DNA of 64,000 bases, from the NCBI RefSeq assembly GCF_009914755.1, contig NC_060925.1; one strand, written 5' to 3'. A program made the translations under genes and the position numbers. Below are positions 46,761-59,752 of the stretch, piece after piece. How positions within the stretch are numbered: position 1 is the stretch's first letter; the number at the start of each line of letters is the position of its first letter. The notes beneath the pieces are model-generated. The model had not been told where the DNA came from, searched no databases, and worked only from the letters and a program-made list of their open reading frames with translations. Source of the DNA: the human T2T-CHM13v2.0 reference genome, Homo sapiens.

Positions 46761-47744
46761 GGTTGAATTGGCTCATAATTCTGCAGGCTGTACAGGAAGC
46801 ATAGTGCCTTCTGTTTCTGGGGAGACCTCAGGGAACTTACTATACAATCATGGCAGAAGGTGAAGGGGAAGCAGGTATGTCTTACATGGCTGGAGCAGGA
46901 GGAAGAGAGAGAAGGGGCAGATGCCACAGGCTTTTAAACAACCAGATCTCATGAGAACTCTATCAAGAGAATAGCACTTTGGGGATGGTGATAACTATTC
47001 ATGAGAAACCACCTCCATGCTCCAATCACCTCCCACCAGGCCCCACCTCCAACACTAAGGATTACAATCCGACATGAGATTTGGGAGGGGCCACAAATCC
47101 AAACCATATCAGTCTGCAATTCTTTACTTGTGAGGTTGGACATGTTTCCATGTTTTTATTGGCCATCTGTATATCTCATATCGTGAATTATGGGAATTGA
47201 GACTCTCAAGATAGAGAAGCTGAATAGTACCGGAGACAGTGGTGAGCAATGAATCCTACAAAGCACACAATTGAAATCCTATGAATGATGAGGACATGCC
47301 TGAGAATCTTTGGTATTAAATGTGAAGAATTCTCGAAACAGAAGAGACATATAACTAGGCAAAACCTATTAACAGACTGTATTCTTGGAAATTATCCTGC
47401 TACTTTGTGATTTTACTATTAGATAAAAATTGGTATAAAATATTTATAGCCAGATACAAGAATGAATGTGACTGGACAAAACCTGAAATAGAAGCAAATT
47501 GTCTCTGTATGAAAGTATGATATCTGGAAATGTTGGTATGAACAACTTGACCCCTAAAAGTTAACTGATCTTAGATTACCAGTGTCAATATTTAGTATAA
47601 AAGGCTATGTATGCAATAAAACTTTGGAATTCTCCTACTGAAGGTAGACATTCCTCTAGTTATTAGAAATAAATCCAGGTGTCTGAAAATCTAAGTATTC
47701 TGGGTTTTGTTGTCTTTGTTTTGCTACAACTTGGACTAAAAGCT

Positions 47745-48700
<956 letters not shown>

Positions 48701-48707
48701 TCTTTAG

Positions 48708-48998
48708 TTTGTTTTTGTTTTTTGTTTTTGTTTTATAGAGGGAGTCTTGCTCTGTCACCAGGTTGGAGTGCAGTGGCACCATCTCAGCTCACTGCAACCT
48801 CTGACTTCCGTGTTCAAGCGATTCTCCTGCCCTAGCCTCCCGAGTAACTGGGATTACAGGCACGCACCACCACCCCAGCTGATTTTTGTATTTTTAGTAG
48901 AGACAGGGGTTTCAGCATGTTGGCCAGGATAGTCTTGAACTCCTGACCTCATGATCCACAAAGTGCTGGGATTACAGGAGTGAGCCACTGTGCCTGGC
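48708..48998 (-). mobile_element. AluS, third of three
   Basis: Dimer with small deletion, (TTTTTG)n tail. Confidence 0.92.
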
Positions 48999-49062
48999 AG
49001 GATCTTTTCTTCTTTCTTTTCTTTTTTTTCCATAAAACATTTGATGTGTTTGAAGGCACTAG

Positions 49063-49530
49063 TATATCAACTTCCTATTGCCACTGTAACAAATTACTAC
49101 AAAGTTAGTGGCTTAAAATGACACTAATTATTTTACAAGTCTGGAGGTGTAAAGTCTGAAGCGGGTCTCACTGGGCTCAAATCAAGTGCTGGCAGGGCTA
49201 TACTCCTTCTGAAGGCTCTAGAGGATAATCCATTCCTATCTTCTAGAGGCCACCTCCTTTCCTTGGCTCAAGGCTTCATTCTTCCATTTTCAAAGCCAGC
49301 AACGTTATGCTGCCATCCATCTTGTTCTCTCTCTTTTGTCTCCGTCTTCCACTTATAAGGACTCTTGTGATTACATTAGGCGCTCCCTCTGGATAATCCA
49401 GGATTATCCCCATCTCACAATCAGCTGACTGGCAACTCCCATTCCATCTGCAATCCTATTGCCCGTTTGCCGTGTAATCTAACATATTCATGGGTTCTGA
49501 AGATCAGGACGTGGACATCTGCTCACCACA
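49063..49530 (-). mobile_element. MLT1D-like MaLR LTR
   Basis: ctattgccactgtaacaaattactacaaa...ggataatccaggattatccccatctca...ggacgtggacatct. Confidence 0.85.
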
Positions 49531-49634
49531 ATGAGCCACTTTATTTTTAGAATGTTGTTTAATTTTGGCTTGTCTGATGCTTCCTAGTGATTAGATTCAG
49601 GTTATGCACTTTTGGAAGAAATATCACAGATTTT

Positions 49635-49985
49635 TTTAGTCAATTGATCTTATATCTGGACACTTTGCTTAACTCTTGTATGGGTTTTAGTTTCTTGATT
49701 ATTTTGGATTTTCTGTGTATTCTCATATCATCTGTGAATAGTAATAATATATTTTTCCTTCCCATTTTTACACTTACTATTTTTCTCATTGTTTTGACCA
49801 GGACTTCTAGCATCATGTTAAACACTTAACTGGGATACCAGGCATGTTTTTCCTTGTTCTTGATCTTACTGGAATGGATCTAAAATTCTATGCTAAGTCT
49901 GTATAATGTGCTATAGGGTTTTATCAAATTAAGAAAAATCCCTTCTATTCTAACTTTGTGAAATATTTTTTCATTAAAAGAAGTT
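49635..49985 (-). mobile_element. Old L1 ORF2 (RT region) fragment
   Basis: Minus ORF FNMMLEVL...LLLFTDDM...ELSKVSRYKIN resembles L1 RT (FADD motif). Confidence 0.8.
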
Positions 49986-50742
49986 GAACTTTGTAGGAGT
50001 TGTCCCTTGCCCTTTGAAGCACATGTGTCTTACCAAGGCATTCAGAGTTCTGGCCACATTTTACTCACTAGGTCCAACTAACATGACATCATCAAAGTGG
50101 TCTGTGGGGTGGTCAAACAGTTCAAGATTCTTTGGATTCTATTATAACAGGGAGAAGAAGAATTTACATAGCCCTGGAGAAATGTGAATTTTGTGAATGT
50201 AAACATGAAACCTGTGAATGCATAATGCTGTCCGTCCTATGTAAATGCAAACTCCTATGGATCCTCCTAAACAAAACAAAATATCCAAACACCTTTAGTC
50301 CTTCCTTACCAAAAAGCTCATCTTTCATACCTCATAACTTTACTTACCAAAAACATGTCTTACTTTCCTCACATATGGAGTTATTCTCCTTTTCCTTTTT
50401 AATTTTAATTGCCATATATTGATTAGTATTTTTACAAACTCTTAGAAACCTTAATTTTCAATAAAAACTAGCAAGCATTGTAAACTGTCCTATCATTTTA
50501 TAATTTCTAGAAACAGGTGCTTCCTCATAGAACAATTTTTTCATGTTTGCTAACAGACCCAAATATATTTAGTCTTTTTATAAAATTTTAAAAGCCAAAA
50601 ATAAAATTAAACTTGTGTTCAGTAATTTATGTTTTAGTATTTTATGTTAATTGGAAATAACATAGTTATTCAATGAATAGCTATCATTTAATTTAACCTA
50701 GCAAAACTCTAAGGGTACAGTTACTAAAGAGATTTAGAAAAC

Positions 50743-51046
50743 TTTTTTTTTTTTTTTGAGACGGCGTCTTGCTTTGTCGCCTAGGCTGGAATGCAGTGAC
50801 GCGATCTGGGCTCACTGCAAGCTCCACCTCCGGGGTTCATGCCATTCTCCTGCCTCAGCCTCCTGAGTAGCTAGGACCACAGGCGCCCGCCACCACGCCC
50901 AGCTAATTTTTTTTTTTTTTGTATTTTTAGTAGAGACGGGGTTTCACTGTGTTAGCCAGGATGGTCTCGATCTCCTGACCTCGTGATCCGCCCTCCTCGG
51001 CCTCCCAAAGTGCTGCGATTGCAGGCATGAACCACTGCGCCCAGCC
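50743..51046 (-). mobile_element. AluY
   Basis: Y diagnostics; TSD ttag(a/g)aaac. Confidence 0.95.
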
Positions 51047-52015
51047 TTAGGAAACAGTTTTTAAGCAGACATATTATAAAACATAATTGTTGTTAAAAAG
51101 TTCATTTATAAACTTTATCCAAGTTATAGCTATTTAGATCACTTTTTTTTTAACAATTATGCCTAGAATACTCATGAAAATTAAATGAGACATTAGAGAC
51201 AAAGTTAGCCATCTTTTTAGGTTATTTCCCCATTAACCATTTATACATCATGAGCATATCAGGCAGTCATTGCTGAAGCAGGAACCCTAAAGTAAAATAC
51301 ATGGGTATTTCATTGATAACCCAGAAGACACAGCTGTTTTCATTAAACCAAATGATATTAAGCTTGTCTTATTTGCCAAAGACTCATCTACGTCACGTGA
51401 ACTTGACAAGCATGTTGGGTTAGTTCCCATATTTCTAGCAGTTTTAGGTATTGCTCATTTATTTCTAAGCCAATTCAAATAATGCTTTTTACAAATATTA
51501 GTAGAAAAGACCTTTAAGATATTTCATTTGCTCAATTTTTAAATAGCCAAAAATCATGCCCACGAGAAAGAAAGTAGACAGATGGGGCACAGCATACAGT
51601 TAGCAGGGGTCCAAGAAGAGGGGCTTAGTTGACTGAGAAGTTTTCATGGGAGAAGCAGGATCCAATAGAGACAATAGAAAGCTCCCCCCTCTCCCCACCC
51701 CCACCAAAATTACAAGCTTCCAATTAAGCTGACTTATGTTGATAGAGCTCTTTAAAAGTCCTTTAAAAATATCTTATAATCAGGTTTCAGCTGGGACAAA
51801 CAGCAAATATTCCTGGCAATATTAAATTCCTTTTTTTTCCCCGTGAGTATATGGTTCCATTTCAGCTTAGGAGAGAAGGCCAAACAAACAAAAAAGACCT
51901 TCCTATCATGCTGCAAATATACAAATAATTCAAACTAATTTTTGCAAGTGTTTCTTTCCTAAGCTAAATAAATTTACTGAAAAAAGAATTTATGGCAGGT
52001 TTAAAGGATTTGAAC

Positions 52016-52405
52016 TGTCAGGCCTCTGAGCCCAAGCCAAGCCATCGCATCCCCTGTGACTTGCACGTATACGCCCAGGTGGCCTGAAGTAACTGAAGAA
52101 TCACGAAAGAAGTGAAAATGCCCGGCCCTGCCTTAACTGATGACATTGTCTTGTGAAATTCCTTCTCCTGGCTCATCCTGGCTCAAAAGCTCCCCCACTG
52201 AGTACCTTGTGACCCCCACTCCTGCCCGCCAGAAAACAACTCCCCTTTTTCCTTTACCTACCTAAATCCTATAAAACGACCCCACCCCATCTCCCTTCAC
52301 TGACTCTCTTTTCAGACTCAGCCTGCCTGCACCCAGGTGAAATAAACAGCCATGTTGCTCACACAAAGCCTCTTTGGTGGTCTCTTCACACAGACGCGCA
52401 TGAAA
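52016..52405 (+). promoter_or_regulatory. LTR7: 5' LTR7 (390 bp)
   Basis: TGTCAGGCCTCTGAGCCCAAGC start, TATAAAA ~52270, AATAAA 52341. Confidence 0.97.
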
Positions 52406-52407
52406 TT

Positions 52408-52425
52408 TGGTGCCGTGACTCGGAT
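52408..52425 (+). other. Primer binding site for tRNA-His
   Basis: TGGTGCCGTGACTCGGAT directly after the 5' LTR. Confidence 0.97.
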
Positions 52426-54252
52426 CGGGGGACCTCCCTTAGGAGATCAATCCCCTGTCCTCCTGTTCTTTGCTCTGTGAGAAAGATCCACCTACAACCT
52501 CAGGTCCTCAGACCAACCAGCCCAAGAAACATCTCACCAATTTCAAATCCGGTAAGTGGCCTCTTTTTACTCTCTTCTCCAACCTCCCTCACTATCCCTC
52601 AACCTCTTTCTCCTTTCAATCTTGGCGCCACACTTCAATCTCTCCCTTCTTTTAATTTCAATTCCTTTCATTTTCTGGTAGAGACAAAGGAGACACGTTT
52701 TATCCGTGGACCCAAAACTCCAGCGCCGGTCGCGGACTGGGAAGGCAGCCTTCCCCTGGTGTTTAATCATTGCAGGGACACCTCTCTGATTATTCATCCA
52801 TGCTTCAGAGGTGTCAGACCACGCAGGGATGCCTGCCTTGGTCCTTCACCCTTAGCGGCAAGTCCCACTTTTCTGGGGGAGGGGCAAGTACCCCAACCCC
52901 TTCTGTGTCTCTACCCCTTCTCGGCCTTTCTGGGAGGCAAGAAACCCCCAACCCCTTCTCCTTTACCCTTAGTGGCAAGTCCCACTTTTCTAAGGGAGGG
53001 GCAAGTACCCCAACCTCGTATCTCTGCACCCCAATCCCTTATTTCCACACCCCAACCTCTTATCTCTGCACCCTGATCCTTTATTTCCGTGCCCCGACCT
53101 CTTATCTCTGCACCCCAACCCCTTATTTCTGCGCCCCGACCCCTTTCCCCCTTTTCTGGAGGGTAAGAACCCCTGAACCACTTCCCTCCGTGTCTCTACT
53201 CTCCCTTTTCTTTAAACTTGCCTATAGGCAACCTTCCACCCTCCATTCCTCCTTCTTCTCCCTTAGCCTGTGTTCTTAAGAACATAAAACCTCTTCAACT
53301 CTCGCCTGACCTAAAACCTAAATGCCTTATTTTCTTCTACAATGCCACTTGACCCCAATACAAACTCGACAGCGGTTCCAAATAGCCAGAAAATGGCACT
53401 TTCAATTTTTTCCATCCTACAAGATCTAAATAATTCTTGTCATAAAATAGGCAAACGGTCTGAGGTGCCTGATGTCCAGGCATTCTTTTATACATTGTTC
53501 CCTCCCTAGTCTCTGTTCCCAATGTGACTCGTCCCAGATCCTCCTTCTTTCCCTCCCGCCTGTCCCCTCAGTCCCAACCCCAAGCGTCGCTAAGTCTTTC
53601 TAATCTTCCTTTTCTACAGACCCATCTGACCTCTCCCCTCCTTGCCAGGCCGAGCCAGGTCCCAATTCTTCCTCAGCCTCTGCTCCCCACCCTATAATCC
53701 TTTTATCACCTCCCCTCCTCACACCTGGTCCAGCTTACAGTTTCGTTCTGCGACTAGCCTTCCCCCACCTGCCCAGCAATTTCCTCTTAAAAAGGTGGCT
53801 GAAGCTAAAGGCATAGTCAAGGTTAATGCTCCTTTTTCTTTATCAGACCTCTCCCAAATCAGTGAGCATTTAGGCTCTTTCATCAAATATGAAAAACCCA
53901 GCCCAGTTCGTGGCTCATTCGGCAGCAACCCTGAGACGCTTTACAGCCCTAGACCCTAAAAAGTCAAAAGGCTGTCTTATTCTCAATATACATTTTATTA
54001 CCCAATCTGCCCCCGACATTAAATAAAACTCCAAAAATTAAATTCCGGCCCTCAAACCCCACAACAGGACTTAATTAACCTCACCTTCAAGGTGTACAAT
54101 AACAGAGTAGAGGCAGCCAAGTAGCAACATATTTCTGAGTTGCAATTCTTTGCCTCCACAGTGAGACAAACCCCAGCCACATCTCTAGCACACAAGAACT
54201 CCAAACGCCTGAACCGCAGCTGCCAAGGGTTCCTCCAGAATCTCCTCTCCCA

Positions 54253-54366
54253 GGAGCTTGCTACAAGTGCCGGAAATCTGGCCACTAGGCCAGGGAATGC
54301 CCACAGCCTGGGATTCCTCCTAAGCCGTGTCCCATCTGTGCAGGACCCCACTGGAAATCGGACTGT
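54253..54366 (+). pseudogene. gag: HERV-H gag nucleocapsid, two CCHC knuckles, in-frame stop
   Basis: [37 protein letters not shown]. Confidence 0.85.
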
Positions 54367-54499
54367 TCAACTCACCTGGCAGCCACTCCCAGAGCCCCTG
54401 GAACTCTGGCCCAAGGCTCTCTGACTGACTCCTTCCCAGATCTTCTTGGCTTAGCATCTGAAGACTGACACTGCCCGATTGCCTCAGAAGCCCACAGGA

Positions 54500-56660
54500 C
54501 CATCACAGACACTCTAGGTAACTCTCACAGTAGAGAGTAAATCCGCCCACTTCTTAATCAATATGGAGGCTACTCACTCCACATTACCTTCTTTTCAAGG
54601 GCCTGTTTCCCTTGCTTCCATAACTGTTGTGAGTATTGACGGCCAGGCTTCTAAACCTCTTAAAACTCCCCAACTCTGGTGCCAACTTAGACAATACTCT
54701 TTTAAGCACTCCTTTTTAGTTATCCCCACCTGCCTAGTTCCCTTATTAGACCGAGACACTTTAACTAAATTATCTGCTTCCCTGACTATTCCTGGGCTAC
54801 AGCCACACCTCATTGCCGCCTTTTCCCTCAGTTCAAAGCCTCTTTCACATCCTCCCCTTGTATCTCCCCACCTTAACCCACAAGTATGACACCTCTACTC
54901 CCTCCTTAGCGACCGATCATGCACCCCTTAACCATCCCATTAAAACCTAATCGCTCTTACCCCGCTCAATGCCAATATCCCATCCCACAGCATGCTTTGA
55001 AAGGATTAAAGCCTGTTATCACTCGCCTGTTACAGCATGGCCTTTTAAAGCCTATAAACTCTCCTTACCATTCCCCCATTTTACCTGTCCTAAAACCAGA
55101 CAAGGCTTACAGGTTTGTTCAGGATCTGTGCCTTATCAACCAAATTGTTTTGCCTATCCACCCCGTGGTGCCAAACCCATATACTCTCCTATCCTCAATA
55201 CCTCCCTCTACAACCCCTTATTCTGTTCTGGATCTCAAACATGCTTTCTTTACTATTCATTTGCACCCTTCATCCCAGCCTCTCTTCACTTTTACTTAGA
55301 CTGACCCTGACACCCATTAGGCTCAACAAATTACCTGGGCTATACTGCCGCAAGGCTTCACAGACAGCCCCCATTACTTCAGTCAAGCCCAAATTTCATC
55401 CTCATCTGTTACCTATCTTGGCATAATTCTCATAAAAACACCTGTGCTCTCCCTGCTGGTCATGTCCAATTAATCTCCCAAACCTCAATTCCTTACAAAA
55501 CAACAACTCCTTTCCTTCCTAGGCATGGTTAGTGCAGTCAGAATTCTTACACAAGAGCCAGGACCGCACCCTGTAGCCTTTTTGTCCAAATAACTTGACC
55601 CTACTGTTTTAGGCTGGCCATCATGTCTCCATGAAGCGGCTGCTGCTGCCCTAATACTTTTAGAGGCCCTCAAAATCACAAACTATGCTCAACTCACTCT
55701 CTACAGCTCTCATAATTTCCAAAATCTATTTTCTTCCTCACACCTGACACATATACTTTCTGCTCCCCGGCTCCTTCAGCTGTACTCACTCTTTGTTAAG
55801 TCTCCCACAATTACCATTGTTCCTGGCCCGGACTTCAATCCAGCCTCCCACATTATTCCTGATACCACACCTGACCCCCATAACTGTATCTCTCTGATCC
55901 ACCTGACATTCACCCCATTTCCCCATATTTCCTTCTTTCCTGTTCCTCACCCTGATCATGCTTGATTTATTGATGGCAGTTCCACCAGGCCTAATCACCA
56001 CACACCAGCAAAGGCAGGCTATGCTATAGTACAAGCGACTAGCCCGCCTCTTAGAACCTCACATTTCCTTTCCATCCTGGAAATCTATCCTCAAGGAAAT
56101 CACTTCTCAGTGTTCCATTTGCTATTCTACTACCCCTCAGGGATTATTCAGGCCTCCTCCCTTTCCTACACATCAAGCTCGAGTCCTGCCCAAGACTGGC
56201 AAATTGAGTCAGAAAACTAAAATACCTCCTAGTCTAGGTAGACACTTTCACTGGATATGTAGAGGCCTTTCCTACAGGGTCTGAGAAGGCCACCGCAGTC
56301 ATTTCTTCTGTCAGACATAATTCCTCGGTTTGGCCTTCCCAGCTCTATGCAGTCCGATAGCAGACCGGCCTTTACTAGTCAAATCACCCAAGCAGTTTCT
56401 CATGCTCTTGGTATTCGGTAGAACCTTCATATCCCTTACAGTCCTCAGTCTTCAGGAAAAGTAGAACAGACTAATAGTCTTTTAAAAACACACCTCACCA
56501 AGCTCAGCCACCAACTTAAAAAGGACTAGACAATACTTTCACCACTTTCCCTTCTCAGAATTCAGGCCTGTCCTCAGAATGCTACAGGCTACAGCCCATT
56601 TGAGCTCCTGTATAGACGCTCCTTTTTATTAGGCCCCAGTCTCATTCCAGACACCAGACC
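54500..56660 (+). pseudogene. pol: HERV-H pro-pol remnant (protease, RT, RNase H, integrase fragments)
   Basis: ORF 54563-54889 protease-like; ORF 54919-55299 RT (QYPIP, NSPYHSPILPV, YSVLDLKHAFFTI); FIDGSS near 55970; integrase motifs 56230-56620. Confidence 0.9.
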
Positions 56661-57255
56661 AACTTAGGCTGTGCCCCCAAAAAACTTGTCATCCCTACTA
56701 TCTTCTATCTAGTCATATGCCTATTCACCATTCTCAACTACTCATACATGCCCTGCTCTTGTTTACACTGCTGGTTTACACTGTTTCTCCAAGCCATCAC
56801 AGCTGATATCTCCTGGTGCTATCCCCAAACTGCCACTCTTAACTCTTGAAGTAAATAAATCATCTTTGCTGGCAGGACTATGCTGAATCTCCTCAGGCAC
56901 TCTCTAATCAGATGTCCTAGGTCCTCCCAATTCTTAGACCTTTTATAACTGTTTTCCTCCTTCTCTTATTCCATTTAGTTTTTCAATTCATACAAAACCG
57001 TATCCAGCCCATCACCAATAATTCTACACGACAAATGTTTCTTCTAACAACCCCACAATATCACCCCTTACCACAAAATCTTCCTTCAGCTTAATCTCTC
57101 CCACTCTAGGTTCCCACACCGCCCCAATCCCGCTTGAAGCAGCCCTGAGAAACATCGCCCATTCTCTCTCCATACCACCCCCCAAAAATTTTCGCCATCC
57201 CAACACTTCAACACTATTTTGTTTTATTTTTCTTATTAATATAAGAAGGCAGGAA

Positions 57256-57641
57256 TGTCAGGCCTCTGAGCCCAAGCCAAGCCATCGCATCCCCTGTGAC
57301 TTGCACGTATACGCTCAGATGGCCTGAAGTAACTGAAGAATCACAAAAGAAGTGAAAATGCCCGGCCCTGCCTTAACTGATGACATTGTCTTGTGAAATT
57401 CCTTCTCCTGGCTCATTCTGGCTCAAAAGCTCCCCCACTGAGTACCTTGTGACCCCCACTCCTGCCCGCTAGAGAACAACTCCCCTTTTTCCTTTACCTA
57501 CCCAAATCCTATAAAACAGCCCCACCCCATCTCCCTTTGCTGACTCTCTTTTCGGACTCAGCCCGCCTGCACCCAGGTGAAATAGCCATGTTGCTTACAC
57601 AAAGCCTGTTTGGTGGCCTCTCCACATGGACGTGCATGAAA
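57256..57641 (+). promoter_or_regulatory. LTR7: 3' LTR7 (386 bp) lacking AATAAA
   Basis: Preceded by PPT aagaaggcaggaa; 4-bp deletion at ~57584 relative to the 5' LTR. Confidence 0.97.
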
Positions 57642-58765
57642 TGAACTTTGTTCTGATTTTAGATTTTTAATCTGGTTAAGGGAGTCTCTAACACTAGCTG
57701 TTATACTGTTTTGTGTCTTAAAAAAATAAGTTAGTTACTCAAGCTCTTTGTCTTCTGCGAAGAGTCTTTTAAAAGAGGCAATAAAAATGTTTGAAATCAT
57801 TTTAGGAGCTTCTGCACCTCAGCAGGTATCCCTGGTGGGGCTAATTTGGGAGCCTTCATTTTTAAATGCCCTTCTTAAAGTGCAGTGTTGTTCATATGGA
57901 ATGTTCTACATAATGGTCATTGTAATTTTAAATTTTCTTTGGCATAATTTGCCCATCGGTTTAAAAATATGCAAGATAATGGGCCATAATGTTTGAATAT
58001 GTGGCCGGCTAAAGTCTCTGAAGGAGCACTATCTTTGCATACCTTAGAATCTGGGATCCCATTCTGTTTCTTATTAATCTCTCAAGAGCGAAAGGAAAAA
58101 CTCTACAAATACACTAGCTGCAAACAGGGTGCAACCTACATTTCTGTCTTGCCATGTATTAGCTGCAAATGGAACACAAACAACATTTCTGTTTGGTTAT
58201 TCTTGGGGTGCTTCTAACCTTTTGGTCTGGTGCCTGCACATGCAGCTCCAATACCTGTGTGCCTCCAATAGACAGCAAGTCAAAATAGTGTTGACTCATG
58301 CCTGTTAAAATGTTATTTTGCTCTTGGAAGATGTTCAGAAACAAGAAAAATCTAGCTAACCTAAATTTTAAATTAGGTGTGCAGAAACCGAAAGAGTACT
58401 CACCAGATGGATGATGTCCCTGAGGCCTTTATAAAACCAGATCCTGAATAAAGTCAGAGCTCAACCAAAAGGAGTGAGTCCAAAATATATGAGGCGACTG
58501 ACAGAAACAAAGAGGTGATTCATGAAAATGAAGAGCACAGCAGCTCAGGTGGGTACTGTACTCTATTCCTGGGGCCACCAGTCTCTCCAAGGTGAGCTTG
58601 CTTCCCTGTCACTTCTGACACCAGATTGTCAACTATAATGAGTGACAAAGAGACCAACTCTGCAAAGCAAAGAGTTTATTTGGGAATAGCAAAGGGATTG
58701 CAATCTGGGATATACATACTATGGCAACCATATGCATATCTGGAGAGGCTGGGGCAAAAGGAAAC

Positions 58766-59062
58766 TTTTTTTTTTTTTTTTGAGATGGAGTCTCACTCTG
58801 TCTCCCAGGCTGGAGAGCAGTGGCATGATCTCGGCTGACTGCAACATTGCCTCCCGGGTTCAAGCGATTCTGCTGTCTCAGTCTCCCAAGTAGCTGGGAC
58901 TACAGGTGCGCGCCACCACGCCCATCTAATTTTTGCATTTTTAGTAGAGACAGGGTTTCACCCTATTGGCCAGGCTGGTCTTGAGCTCCTGACCTCAAGT
59001 GATCTGCCCGCCTCAGCCACCCAAAGTGCTGGGATTACAGGCGTGAGCCACCATGCCCCTCC
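58766..59062 (-). mobile_element. AluS in the MER34 LTR
   Basis: Full dimer; TSD aggaaacttt. Confidence 0.95.
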
Positions 59063-59397
59063 AGGAAACTTTTAAAGACAAAAAAAGAAGTCCACATAAG
59101 GTATTTTGAAACAAAGACCATAGGTTACAGGGGCTTGTTGCAGGAGCTGGCATCAATTCATTGGTGGAGACACTTGTTGCTAGATAAATGTCCTTGTGCC
59201 AGTGGTTACCTGGAATACAGCAGTCTTGAGGAAGTTCTTGTGATAAGTCCTGTTACTGGTCTATGTGCAGGAATTTCTTGTGGTAAGTCTTGTTATGAGG
59301 ATGTATGCATAAGGGCTTCTTTTTCATGGCCTCCCCTGACTCCATTTTGTTAGAATTTGACATAAATGACTCCCTTTTGGTACTGGCAACTTTCACA

Positions 59398-59752
59398 GCT
59401 TCTTTTAAGAAATGCTGTATCTCAGTGCTAACAATGGTACAGAGAGAAATATTGTAAATGGACACCTCTGAATTTAAATGCAGCTCAGAAGAGTCAGACT
59501 ATAAAGAGGCATTTTAGGACTACTTTTACATATGTATTTCACTGGGTAATGCACTCACAAATTTATTTCCTCTTCATGCAGGCACAGAAGTGATATATAA
59601 TAACAATTTAAGAAAGCCCTTTTAATACCTATTTAATGGAAATTCAATGTGATAAAAAGCATGTTATAGTTTTATTGGTAGAGTTTTTTCTTAGTGGTAC
59701 ATAAAATAATGATGTTCTTAAAAACGGACATCTTAGATTTAATTACACGCAG
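59398..59752 (+). mobile_element. TcMar-Tc2 (Kanga-like) transposon 3' remnant
   Basis: SFKKCCIS..(N)GTE resembles the transposase C-terminus; end gtggtacataaaataatg...catcttagatt. Confidence 0.55.

Larger units (their letters stand above)
46000..47111 (-). mobile_element. MSTA-like MaLR LTR containing two Alus
   Basis: tgtattagtccattctcgcactgctataaaga...ccaaaccatatca; near-TSD atctg/gtctg. Confidence 0.9.
52016..57641 (+). mobile_element. HERV-H: HERV-H provirus, 5626 bp, common pol/env-deleted type, non-coding
   Basis: Two LTR7, TSD TGAAC, His PBS, gag zinc knuckles, pro/RT/IN remnants with stops and frameshifts. Confidence 0.98.
50200..59397 (-). mobile_element. MER34-family ERV1 provirus remnant (5' LTR 58627-59397 plus internal), interrupted by HERV-H and Alus; left boundary approximate
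   Basis: Minus LTR starts tgtgaaagttgccagtaccaaaagggagtc and ends ttgaca, followed by tRNA-Leu-type PBS TGGTGTCAGAAGTG; AT-rich MER4-group internal sequence on both sides of HERV-H. Confidence 0.75.

Noticed and set aside
52477-53279. 199-aa and 169-aa ORFs in the HERV-H leader
   Set aside because: C/T-rich pre-gag leader with internal repeats, common to HERV-H copies; no evidence of a protein
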